Below, piece by piece: positions 37,701 through 49,349 of a stretch of DNA of 64,000 bases. The notes under the pieces were generated by a model that was given only the letters and a program-made list of their open reading frames with translations, did no database searches and was not told the DNA's origin. Numbering within the stretch: the first letter of the stretch is position 1; each line of letters begins with the position of its first letter. The position numbers and the translations under genes are program-made. Source of the DNA: Mobula hypostoma (Eukaryota); assembly GCF_963921235.1 (NCBI RefSeq), contig NC_086106.1, positions 35,650,001 through 35,714,000 on the forward strand, in the 5' to 3' direction.

Positions 37701-39131
37701 AGGTAACGCACTATAGTCGTGGAGTGGACTACCGGCCCAAATAAATCTCTGATCCTATTTTGTATGTTTATCAGTGTGCGAATATAATATATACCTGTTG
37801 AATTATTGACATTTTAAATTCCATGTCATGTCACGCGGAAATGTTCCATATTGAAATAATATTTTGCAGTGTTTTATACAACGTCCCCAATTTCTAATAT
37901 TTTAGATAAATATATCTGTGCAGCTATCCGCATCAATTTTTCCCATGAATACAACATAACATTCCAGCGCTACCCCACGCCTGCATTCCCCAAGCTGCTC
38001 GATTAGTTGCAGAAGATTTGACTCGTACCAACAAATACTGTTAGTACGAGACAAAACTTCTGCTCCAACGAGCTATTTGACTGAACGGCCAATCGCAGGA
38101 GTGATTTGTAGTCTGAGGCAGCACTTGTTCCCTTCTCTCCGAAAGGATTTTTTTTAACAGCCATGTTACAGTCCTTCGTGTATCGAATCGGATCGGTTGG
38201 TTAATCAGTGCACAAGGCCTATTTTCTGTTTTTTCTTCAATGTTCAGTTTATATTCGCAGCATTATGTCGTGGATGGAACTTAAAGAACATGAGATTTTA
38301 ACATGTAACTCGATTATCGTGTTTTTCGACTCACCCTACTTATTTAGTAATACAATTTTACCGTTTTATATGTCGTCGTGTTCCCATTATAATGTTACGT
38401 GCAAACAAGGTATATGATTTTTTCAATGAAATCATCGCCATATGAGGAACAGTAATAACCTTAGTGCCAATACTTGCAGGACACCACTACACCAAATTAT
38501 TCCTTTTGTGGCCTTGACTAGCAACCCATCACACAGTATTGTCCCGATTCTATATTTCTGTTTCCCTTTCAATAGATCTCGAGTGGAAAGAGATTAAGCA
38601 TTTTCAGAAAGTTTGGTTAAATATCGCAGAGACACTCTCATAATCTCTTTGACAGTGGTGTAAAAGGAATTTTAATGAGATACAGCAAAGATATAGCAGC
38701 TTTCAACCAAAAGCAGCAATGAGGTCTTGAAATCTAAAGGCTTCCAATTACGAGTTTTCATATTAATCTAGACTGATAATTATATGCACATGATTGACCA
38801 TACCATTCGGTGCTACATATTGCACAGCTCGTAAACCCATAACGCTACACTTTGCTCAGTTATTAGTTTAATTTAATCGCATCCACACTGGCGTAATATC
38901 GAATAGGAGTAGCTTCCAATAGTTGAGAATACAACGAACAGACCTGTTCTTAAATAATGGTCAAATGATGATCACATTTGACCATTGCGTATGGATACAT
39001 GATGTATCATTCCTTTTTCCAGTGTACGATAGAAAAAGTGAAATGCTGCAAACACCGAGCAACTGTGAGCTTGAAGGAACAAAAAGATACAGGATAGAAA
39101 CAATGAAGGATTATCACCAGAAACAACAATT

Positions 39132-40042
39132 TCAGTAAACCATTAACTTCCAGATTAAGCGGAACGGATATTTTGTCGCATCTTTTAACTCCTCTCTGAA
39201 TTTCCTCTGAGTGCCTGCATAGATGCACGTGTTAGTGCAACAACTCCAAAGCTGAAGCATATATCCACTTTCCTGCAGTATGAATCTAGGGTCGTTAAAA
39301 TCTGATCCTGCAAAATAGCTACTGTTTGTAAGTCGCACATCCAACAGATTTATAACATAAGTCAGCCATAAAAGGATAAAAGTCCCCGAAATGGACAACA
39401 ATAAAACGATGGACTTCCTCCGGTTCTCTATTTCTGGGTCACTCTGTTCGGTTCCTTTGTTACGCACTTGTAACCTCCTCCGGGCTCTGTTGGCCGCTAG
39501 GATATGCCTGACTGTGAGACCGTTGAGCAGCAGGATCAGAACGAAGGGCAGACATGGGGTTAAAAATTTATCTAGCCAGTCAAATGCTGCCCATCCAACT
39601 GAAGTGTAAAATACGGATCTTATGCTGCAAAACCAGGCTACACTGTTTAATATATACAATGGTTCATACATGAAGTAACAGGGAACGTTCCTAACCAAAC
39701 TAAAGACACAGACGGTAACGATCACCACAACTGATGTTTTCTCGTTGCAATATTTGTTTTTCAGTTTTACGCAACAAATGACTATGTATCGATCTAACGT
39801 GAAAGCGACAGTCAAGCAGACGGAGCTGTCCCTGGCTGCATACGTTATGACCGCTGTAACACTACAACCGGTAGTATGGGTCAGAAAACTTAGTTGGAAG
39901 TAAATACCACGAATGCGATTTAATATCACCGCAGAGATCACGACTAGTAGATGAGCCACAGCCATGGACACCAGGTACCGAGTAATGCATCTGGACAGAC
40001 CGCACCTTCCTCGGGAGAGAATCGCAATCGCCACTAAGTTAG
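39132..40042 (-). CDS. GPCR gene C, coding exon 2 (GPR139/GPR142-like; 326 aa spliced)
   Basis: Acceptor tcttctttgccttgcag|CT, 7TM, LDRY, NTCIY, open frame. Carries D2.50H and other radical substitutions. Confidence 0.88.
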
Positions 40043-40753
40043 CTGCAAGGCAAAGAAGACACAATTAGTAAAGTAATAATAAAGTGGGAACGCCGTTGAT
40101 CGAAATTGAGCATGAGTGTTGCGTTCTCGCTGTCTACGCAAGCCAAGGCAGAACTACGTGGAGGGCAAGCTGGTGTTCATGCAGCAGATTCCCCCTGATC
40201 ACGTAGCTGATCAATCTTAAGGAACTGCTGAGTATGGTTTGGTACCAGCAGCTTCACGGTAACTGCCAGCCAGTGTTCAACGCATCGGAGGACAGGCTTA
40301 GGTCATACAACTCTAGAATTTTCCTCGGGGTTTACGCCCGAAAGTGTCCATATGAGTGTGTATAGCTGCAAGGCTGCGGAGGTCTGTGATTAGACATTTC
40401 ATTCTCATAGATGTGCAGCTAACCATCTGCCCGAAACGACCGGTTTTACGGCGCCAAAATCGTGTCTTTGTCTCTACTCCTGTCAGCAGAAACGGTTTTG
40501 CTGGGTAGTAGCTAAGCCGCAAGTGAAAGACAGGGGCTTGACTTGGTTGTCACCGGCTATTTGGGACACACGCTGTTCGGAGCATTTAATAGGTAGTGGG
40601 AGCTTTCCACACTACGTCGCCGGCTCTGATACTTCAGTGAACTCACAAAGCGACAATGATAATACACGCAGATAAATTCTTCCTCGTAGAATTGATAAAA
40701 CCCGTAAAACATGAAAAACTAATTTATAATCCTTGGGTAAACCAGTGTCTTAC

Positions 40754-40823
40754 CTGGAACCGCAAACGCGGCGAAGATGAGATAGTATATTGCAAATGCA
40801 AGTCCGGTGACTGGGTTGTGCAT
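40754..40823 (-). CDS. GPCR gene C, coding exon 1 (MHNPVTGLAFAIYYLIFAAFAVP, phase 1)
   Basis: 70 nt, ATG at 40823, donor CCAG|gtaaga. TATA-like TATATATAG at ~40897-40907. Confidence 0.9.
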
Positions 40824-41498
40824 TTCAAAAAATGCGCAAAGGACGAGGAGACCAGTTCTATCTGTTGTAGCTGACGTTAAACTGATCTGTGGTGTATCTA
40901 TATATATTAACTCCACTGAGACAAGTGATCGTGACAATGAGATTAAGAAACAAATTAATGCAGTAATTTCCACCGTCATCGAATATTGTCGTAATGTACA
41001 ACTATACATAATTGTTAAACACGGCTTAAAATCCGTACTCGCGCAGTTTGAAGCCATTCATTACAACCTAATTTCATAGTGATGACTTCATCCAAATTCG
41101 AGAAAATAATATTTCCTTCTGACTAAGATGATTTGTGGCAGTGTCCAGTAGCTGGCGAATCATGATGAATCTTTGTGTACAGGATTTCTGGTTGTTGTGT
41201 GCGAAAATATATTAACATGTTTCGCAGGTCGTGAAAATATCAGCCTTTAGTAGGGACTATTCACAAGGATACAGCATAATTCCAGAATTTCTATCTGGTT
41301 AATCCCAGAAGAATTTCAACATTTCATTAAAATCAGAGGATATGTGAACTTCCATCCTTAAGGACGAAACTACTTCAGCTGGGTGTCAATCTTCTCTCTG
41401 GTACGATTTGTTTATGTCCGAATTTGGTAATATGTCCCAGCGTTACATAAAATCGATGAGAAGGAAAAGAAAATCTTCAGATGCCGGAAATCCAAGTA

Positions 41499-41705
41499 CC
41501 ACACACAAAATACTGGAGGAACTCAGCAGGCCAGGTAGCTTCAATGGAAAAGAATAAACAGTCGACGGTTTTGGCCGAGATTAGAATAGGAATAGACTCA
41601 TAAACGGTCCTGATGAAAAGTCTCGAACTGAAAGGTCGACTGTTTACTATTTTCTAATGATGTTGCCTAGACTGCTGAGTTCTTCCAGAATTTTGTGGGT
41701 GTTGT
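41499..41705. mobile_element. Palindromic Penelope-pLTR-derived (MER6-like) element with hammerhead core
   Basis: Inverted arms acacacaaaatactggaggaactcagcag... / ...ctgctgagttcttccagaattttgtgggt. CGGTC-CTGATGA-n13-GAAA-GG-TC-GACTG at 41605-41642. Confidence 0.75.
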
Positions 41706-42139
41706 TAAAATCAATGCAGGCTACATTTAGAGACAGTTAAATAACTTTATTGTGATACCATACGTACCTGGTTTGGCATAGGTCAGCGATTCAAACGTAA
41801 CATCAAACATCTGGGCATCTTTTAGTTTTCCACATCATGTTTAAAATGCATATTTGATAACTAATCTAAACATAATATCCGCTATTATATCGATATTTGA
41901 CTACCCCTAATGACCATGATTGTATAGGGCGTAATAACCTGTCTCCATGCCCTATGAATCCTGGACTGCCGTTGATAACAATATGATATTTGACTGAGTA
42001 TGCCATCAAGTTGCACAGCCCACCAAAGCCAATAAGAAACAAGAGGGAGAAATCTGACAGGTGCGAGTTGAAAGACCAGCTGATTAGAATTCTGAACCGG
42101 CATGCATCAGTGAGGAAGGGAAAACGTAATTGTAGAAAA

Positions 42140-42350
42140 TTCAGGAAGACCACTCTCCGTCTAGAGAAGCAATACCTTATTTTTCATCTGGGTTGTCTCC
42201 AGCCTCATGATATATACATCGATTTCTCCAAAGTCTGGTAATTTCCCCCACCCCCTCTTTCTTTTTTCAGTTCCCCACTCTGGCCCCCATCTTACCTCTT
42301 TTCATCTCCTCACCTGCCTATCACTTCACTGCCCCACCACCATCCCCTGC
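42140..42350 (+). mobile_element. Penelope-like element fragment (GIY-YIG C-terminus + pyrimidine-rich 3' region)
   Basis: RLEKQYLIFHLGCLQPHDIYIDFS matches the E..LIFRLG.LQP.G.N.DFS end of PLE ORFs. Confidence 0.7.
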
Positions 42351-42665
42351 CCCTCCTGTGGAAGTTTTAAGAATCAGAAATAAAACATGGTCCTTGAGTA
42401 ATATAAAGAAATCACCAAAGAAGAGAAACGGGGATTGAGGAAGCCAACAGTAGCTGTGAAATATCCGAGGTGAACAGGATTAAGGAAATTGCCAAGGAAT
42501 GTTGTGCTTACAGTACATTATAACTTGAGGTCAGGACTACTCAGTGACAAGGGCAGGTCTAAATGCAAGCCTGGAAACAGAGGAAGTGTGTTGCGGGGCA
42601 GAAAAATGCGTATTTTGCATCACGGTTCAACAAGGAGAAGGACTTCGAGGACAGTGAAATAAGTG

Positions 42666-43055
42666 TTTTGCCTATTGCCTGTGACAGGGGCCGGGGTCGA
42701 AGCGCTCGGCAGAGATGGTGCTCGGTGCTTGGTGTCGGAGAGCTGGTCGGAGGCTCGCAGTTTTCAGACGGACTCAGAGTCGGACTGTGGTCGGATGCTT
42801 CCGATATGCTGCAACGGCAAGTTGGCGGTGCTGGTGATTCACCGTCTGCGTGAGATGATGGGACTTTAGAGCGGTATTGCTTTGCACTGTTGTAACTATG
42901 TGTTACAATCATGTGTTTTTCGTTAGTTTTTAAGTCGGTTTGTCATGTGTTTCTGTGATATCATTTTGGAAAAACATTGTATCAGTTCTTAATGCATGCA
43001 TTACTAAATGACAATAAAAGAGGACTGCGTGTACTCATAATCCAATCTAATCTAT
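42666..43055 (+). mobile_element. (AATCT)n-tailed non-autonomous retroelement, 5'-truncated copy
   Basis: High similarity to 48358-49005 (-) and 54123-54720 (+). AATAAA followed by an AATCT tail. Confidence 0.85.
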
Positions 43056-43614
43056 CCTCCATAGGTCTATTGTGTTTCACTTGATCCCAATCCAGGAAGT
43101 TTGGTATCTGATCCAAGCTCCTTTTTTTCTCGACTAGTGTTACGATATCCCTTGCCATCCAGGGTTCCATTTCCCATCAGCTTTACATTTTACTTTATCA
43201 TGGACATCTATGCCTTGCTATCTAGCGTTTAAAAACATACAATTTACCAGAGGTCCCTGTGACTGAAAACAGCTTAATCTGATTAAATCTTTCCAGCTCC
43301 TGTCCAATAGCATCAAAATTCACCTTCCCCAATTCATAACTTTAATATACAAAAGAGATCTCCCCTTTTCATTAAGTATTTTAACAATGACAGAACTATG
43401 GTCACTGATTCAAACTGCCCCCCTACTGTGAATTTAGTTACTGGCCCTTCCTTATTTTCAAGGAGTAGATCAATGTTGTCTGCCACAGCTCTATTTTTAT
43501 ACTGCCTGAATGAATGAATGAATTTATTTAAGTCTTACATCCATCCCACAACCTGAAGGAGTAAAAATCTTTGCGTTATGACTCGGTCGCAACGCACAGA
43601 CATGTAAATTTTAT

Positions 43615-43831
43615 CCCTATCTGTAAAATCATCTCTCATTGCTCCCCATCTGTACTTCTGTTCGACGGGAGTTCAGTGACACCATCTCTCACTGCTCCCC
43701 ATCTGTAATTTCTTCCACTCTTCAACTTTTCGGAGTCCTGACGAAGGATCTTGGCCCGAAAAGTCGACTGTACCTCTTCCTAGAGATGCTGCCTGGCCTG
43801 CTGCGTTCACCAGCAACTTTTATGTGTGATG
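43615..43831 (+). mobile_element. Penelope pLTR fragment with hammerhead-like core and 13-bp TSD
   Basis: Flanked by ATGTAAATTTTAT (43602-43614 and 43832-43844). AGTC-CTGACGA-aggatcttggccc-GAAA-AG-TC-GACT at 43734-43769. Confidence 0.75.
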
Positions 43832-45499
43832 ATGTAAATTTTATAATGGCTTATAGAAAGATGATGTCCCGTGGCCTTTTCGTCCTGGCTTTAATGCGGT
43901 GGTACCGTTTGCCAGACAGAAGCAGCTGATAAAATAATATGGTTGTGGTGACTGGTGTCTCCGATGATCATCCAGGCATTTTCTATGCGTCTGCCGCTGT
44001 AAATGTCGTCAACGTAGGGAAGTGCAAGTTCACAGATTCGCTGGGAAGTCCGTACCACTCTTTGTAGCGCCCACTAGACGAGGTTGTTGCAGTCCCCGTA
44101 CCAGGTGGTGATAGAGCCAGTCAGGATGCTCTAAATGCTGCCCCTATAGAAGGTCTTGAGGATTTGGGGGCTCATACCGTAGGAAACATTTTTAAACACA
44201 CTAAATAATTCCCACTCCATCTAAACATTTATCACAATGGCAACCCCAGTCAATCCTAGAAATCAACTATGGTGAGAACTCTACCAGTCTTAAATTCTCC
44301 CCATCTCCCTGAAGTTGTATTCCTCAAATTCCTGAGGACTTTTTCAGACCCTATGGTACAATGCAAATGAAGTAACCATCCCTTTCTTGTTTCTCAGATC
44401 CATCCAGAAATCCTCACCAGATTATCTTTCAATAATATCATCTCTAATTACTAGTATGATGTTCCTCTTAATAAAAAAAACACAACATCACCTCCTCCTT
44501 TCTCCACGTCTCTAAATTTCTTTTAGCACGCTTATTGTGCAAGATTAAGCTGCTGCTCCTAACCATCCCTTAGCCATGCAGCTCTCCATGTCCTAAATTA
44601 ACCTATCTTATGCACATAAAATACTTTAGACAAAAATATAGATGGATTGATTAGGAAGTTTTACACATGGCAGAAAACTATTGTAGTAGAGGATTATGAA
44701 TAGGATTGTTGAAGGATTCAACAGGATATACTGTAGATCAGAATGAGATACGGGTAGAGGAATAATAGGTGAAGTTTACTCCGGACAAATATGAGTCGCT
44801 TTACTTTTGGAAGTCAAACATCTAAGGAAATATTACTGTTAATGTCTGGGTCCTTTGCGGCATTTAAATACAGGTGGATCATGGGGAGCATGTCCATTGC
44901 TCCCTACGTAAAGACTGGATATGGCATGTTTGACTTCACGGGTTAGGGCACTGAGTACAAAATCAGGACAGTTCCACAGCTTTGTAAAGACCACTTTCGG
45001 GGCATTGTTTGATGTTCGAGATGTTGTATTGCAGGAATGAAATAGAATTATTATAGTGCTAGCATAAGAGGTTCACAATGATAATGCATAAACTGGAGAG
45101 TATTTGATATCACGGCAAGATGGGCAACGATAGAATTTAATTACACCACTGATCATTTTATAAAATTCTTCAGGTCATCCTTCAGCTCCTTTATTCCAGG
45201 GAAAAACGTCCCAGCTTATCCAGCCTCTCCTTATAAATCAAGTCTTCCAGTTCTGGCAACTGTATTGTGAGTCTTTATTGCTACTTCATGTCTATTTAAC
45301 CACATCTTTTCTCATAGTATAGCAATGAGAAATTCACACAATATTTCAGATATAGTCCCACAAACCTCTTGCGCAGCTGAAACATTCCTTCCCATCTATT
45401 GTATTGAATGCACCATTTGATGAAAGTCAACATGCCGTATGCCTTATTCACTATCATTTTCGTACATCATAAGAACATAATACATAGGAGCAGCAGGAG

Positions 45500-46680
45500 C
45501 CATTCGTAATGACCTTTCAAAGTCATTGGACTCCGGCAGAGTGCCAGAGGACTGTGAAATTTCAAATGTCACTCCACTCCTAAAGAAAGGAGGAACGCAG
45601 CAGGAGAGAAACTATAGACCAGTTAGCCTGAGGTATCTGGAGACACATGACAAGATAGGGCAACATCAGCATGGATTTCCTCAAAGGAAAATCTTGACCG
45701 GCAAGCCTGTTGGAGCTCTTTGAGGAGATTAAAGGTATGCTAGATAAAGGGGATACAGTGGATGTTGTACATTTGGACTTTCAGAAGGCCTCTGACAACG
45801 TGCCACACATGAGTCTGCTTACTAAGCTAAGAACTCATGGTGTTACAGGAAAGTTACTGGAACACCTTAAAGGTTAACGTGCACGTGGAGTCGGTGGTAA
45901 CGAAGGCAAATGCAATGTTAGCATTCATTTCAAGATGTCTAGAACATAAGAGCAGGGATGTGATGCTATTTTTTTTTTGTTCGTCTGTCGTCGACGATGA
46001 TAAGGACCTTGTCACCATTATGATGGTGTCGAGACTAGCGCGTGATAAGTCAGGGAGAGTTGAGCAGCGTCAGCCTCTCTCTCTCTCTTCCCAATTCCCA
46101 TCTAGATCCAGTGGCAAGACAGAGTCGAGACAGCTGGAGAAGGGACTAGGCGCAGTGGATGACCAGGAAGTCTTCTGTGTCTTGTCCTGCTCTACACGTT
46201 CCACGACGCTTGCAGAGACTGCCTTCTTGACCGTTGGACCTTCCATTTGTCTCAACCACTCAGTCCGCTGGAGTCTGTCTTCACATGCTAAAGCTTTATA
46301 AGTCATTGGCGAGCCCTCACCTTGAGTTTTGTGACCAGTTGAGGACACCTCATCTAACTCAAGATATGCTGGCATTGGAGAAGATTCAGAGGAGGTTTAC
46401 AAGTATGATTCAGGGAATTAAAGGTTTAGTGAGTCCACACCAAAAGGAAACAGCTTCAGGATAGAGATGTGTCCATTTAAAAGAGAGATGCAGAGAAATT
46501 TCTTTACCCAAAGGGTGGAGAACTTGTCGAGTTCGTTACCAGAGGGAGCTGTGGAGGCCATGTCGCTGGGTGTATTTAAGGCAGAGCTTGAGAGTGTAAA
46601 AAGGATCAGCAATGATTGAATTGTGGAGCAGGCTCGATAAGCCAAAATGGCCTAATTCTACTCCTATGTTTTATAATCTT
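45500..46680 (+). mobile_element. Deleted CR1 ORF2/3' fragment (paralog of 57070-58745)
   Basis: NVTPLLKKG, NYRPVSL, DFQKA and QRRFT motifs; CR1 3' UTR. Confidence 0.8.
45969..46284 (-). mobile_element. Short poly(A)-tailed retroposon (RTE-derived non-autonomous type, tentative)
   Basis: Poly-T at the left end, 6-bp TSD ATGCTA (45963-45968 and 46285-46290), empty site in unit D at ~58155. Confidence 0.7.
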
Positions 46681-48357
46681 TTAGGAACATGCAAATTCAT
46701 ATTTCATACAGTATGTGGTGGTATCTGGAATGAGCTGCCGTTATAAGTAGTCAAAACAAAAATGATAGAAATGTTTATGAAGCTGTCAGTGGGCACACGA
46801 ATGAGCAGAGAATATGATGATTTGCACATTTTGTAGGCAGAAGGGACTAGTTTAGTTGGACATCCAATGACTAACTACCTTGGCACAACATTATACGATG
46901 AAGAGTGTCTTCCTATTCTATGTTGTATTTATATGTTACTCCCACTACTGATTCAAGCCTCATCCTCAAGGAAACTAAGATTAATTTAATCTACTTTCTT
47001 CATTTATTGTAAAAGCTCTTATTGACCATCTTTATGTTACTTATGAGTTTACTTTAATGGATTTCTCTCCTTAGAGTTTAGAAATAGAAGATTTGGTAAT
47101 CCTCTGCAAGGTTCTTACAATGTGATTCACTGACTACTATTAATATTTGCAATATTGCATGCTATTACTTTTAATTTCATCCTATCCATCACTTCTGTTA
47201 TTAGGCATATTGAATGCATCCTACTTTAATCTTTTCTTTCTCATTGGAATACACCGCTGTTCAGATTTTACAGAATGTCTACTACAACTTTGTCTACCAA
47301 AATTATATAATGTTTTCTTCTGTAATATATTTTGACATTAGCCAACTCTTGTTTCCTTAAAGTTCTCATTACTTGTGGGGAGGGGGCTTTGGTAGAGTGG
47401 ACACTAAGGCTTAGTATCTTTGCAGTGATACAGTATGCAGTGATACAGTGATTTTCGCCAGGAGATGAAATAAAGGTGCATTACTTGGAACTTCAAACCA
47501 GTCAATTTGTGCAGATGGGGTTTGTCACCCATGGTTGTCTGCTCATCGAGGAGAAGGAAAACTCTAATTTCAAACCTCTGCTCTCTTGTGTCTATATCGA
47601 CTCATGTGGAAGGTTTCTGGAGTAAACCCGAGGAACATTTCCAGAGCTGGAATTGATAAATAGTGATAAGAAGTATTAATTTAGGATCTTCAACATATAC
47701 CCATGGATCTAAACTTAGTTTAACTCCTCAGACGATGACGGAATTATTCGTTCGTTAGCTATGATCTTGCTTTTAATCGATCACGTTTCTTTGAAATGCA
47801 GCGATATGCAACGAGACTCGGCCGTGTTCCCTTTGGAACATATGGTCAGTTAGGTGCAGGAAGGTACAGCACAGAAACTGGCTCAACACCCCATTTAGTC
47901 CATGCTGAGCAATTTAAACTTTCTACTCTCATCTTCCTCCATATCCCTAGGATCCATGTACCTTTCGGATCTTCCCTTAAATGGTGAAATCTAGCGCGCA
48001 TGCACCACGTGCGCTGGTACCTCGTTGTACACTCTCATGGCCATCTAACTGAAAAGATTTCCCATGATGTTCCGTTAAACTTTTCACCTTTCACCCTTAA
48101 CCTCTATTTGCAGTACAACCTAACTGGAGTGGGAAAAAAGCCTGCTTGTTTTTACCCAAAATACACCCCTCATAATTGTGTACATCTCTAGGAAGTCCCC
48201 CCTCAATCTCCGTTGTTCCGAGACATAATGTCCTAAAGTATTCAAACCCTCCTTATAACTGAGGTCCTCCAGCCCCGTCAAAATCCTTGTAAATTTTCTC
48301 TATACTCCTTGAACCTTACTTGCACCGTTTCTATACTTAGGCGACAAAAAAATTACA

Positions 48358-49005
48358 TTAGATTAGATTAGATTAGATTATGAGGACACACAGTCCTCCT
48401 TTATTACAATTTAGTAATGCATGCATTAAGAAATGATACAATGTTTCTCCAGAATGATATCATGGAAACACATGACAAACCGACAGAAAAACTAACAAAA
48501 ACCACATACCTATAACATATAATTACAACGGTGCAAAGCAATACCATAATTTGATAAAGAGCAGACCATGGGCGCGGTAAAAAGTCTCAAAGTCTCTCGA
48601 AAGTCCCATCATCTCACGCAGACGGTGAAACTCCAGTGCCGCAAACTTGCCGATGCAGCATCCTGGAAGCATCCGACCACAGTCCGACTCCGAGTCCGTC
48701 CGAAAACTCCGAGCCTCCGACTAGCTTTCCGACACCAAGCACCGAGCACCATCTCTGCCGAGCGCTTCGAACCCGGCCCCGGCAACAGGGAAAACCTAAG
48801 ATTTGGGGCCTTCCCCTCAGGAGATTCTCGATCGCACAGTAGCAGCGGCAGCGAAGCGGGCATTTCAGAAGTTTCTCCAGGTGTTCCTGCATGCTTCTCA
48901 CGGCTGTCTCCATCAAATCCGGATGGTGCACGGCATCTTAGTTAACACATACGATATCATTCGGAACGGCCGCGCGTGCTGTGTCGCGCTGCCATCTTCT
49001 CCTCC
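48358..49005 (-). mobile_element. (AATCT)n-tailed non-autonomous retroelement, apparently full-length copy
   Basis: Minus-strand head GGAGGAGAAGATGGCAGCG, CpG-rich body, AATAAA, (AATCT)4 tail. Confidence 0.85.
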
Positions 49006-49349
49006 TTCCTATCGCGTAATGCACGCGATACTCCAATTTAGTCCTCACCAATGCCTTGCATAACTTCAACAGATCACCCTTCCTCCTGTACTCAATACAT
49101 TGATTTATGAGGGCAATGTGCCAATGGCTTTCTTTACAACACTATCTACCCGTGACGCGCCCATAAATGCACAGACAGGACATCAAAACTCCATACAGAC
49201 AGCAACTGAGATCAGAATTGACACTAGGTCTCTGACGTTCTGACACAGCAGTTTGACTTTCTGCGCAAGGTAACGCTAAATAGCGATAGAGTGGACTAGA
49301 CAGCCCAAATACATTTCTGAACCCCTTTTCTCTGTTTATCAATGTGCAT

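Larger units (their letters stand above)
33029..47654. repeat. Segmental duplication unit C (direct tandem with unit D)
   Basis: Start aatag(c/t)gat(g/a)agaagtattaatttaggatcttca matches 47659. End gaggaa..t.cca.agctgga.tt matches ~59701-59725. Shared order of old repeats and the GPCR gene. Confidence 0.88.

Noticed and set aside
40043-40064. ORF-track N-terminus MCLLCLA for gene C (similarly 20034 for B, and GTG starts for A and D)
   Set aside because: These are intronic acceptor sequence or internal codons; the true start is in the upstream 70-nt exon.
48358-48380. (TTAGA)n as telomere-like or CRISPR-like repeat
   Set aside because: It is the tail of the non-autonomous retroelement; there are no spacers and the context is eukaryotic.
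48568-49063. Overlapping GC-rich ORFs, also at 42559-42912, 54162-54539, 15740-16282 and 36565-36999
   Set aside because: They lie within non-coding repeats or LTRs, and frames are not conserved between copies.
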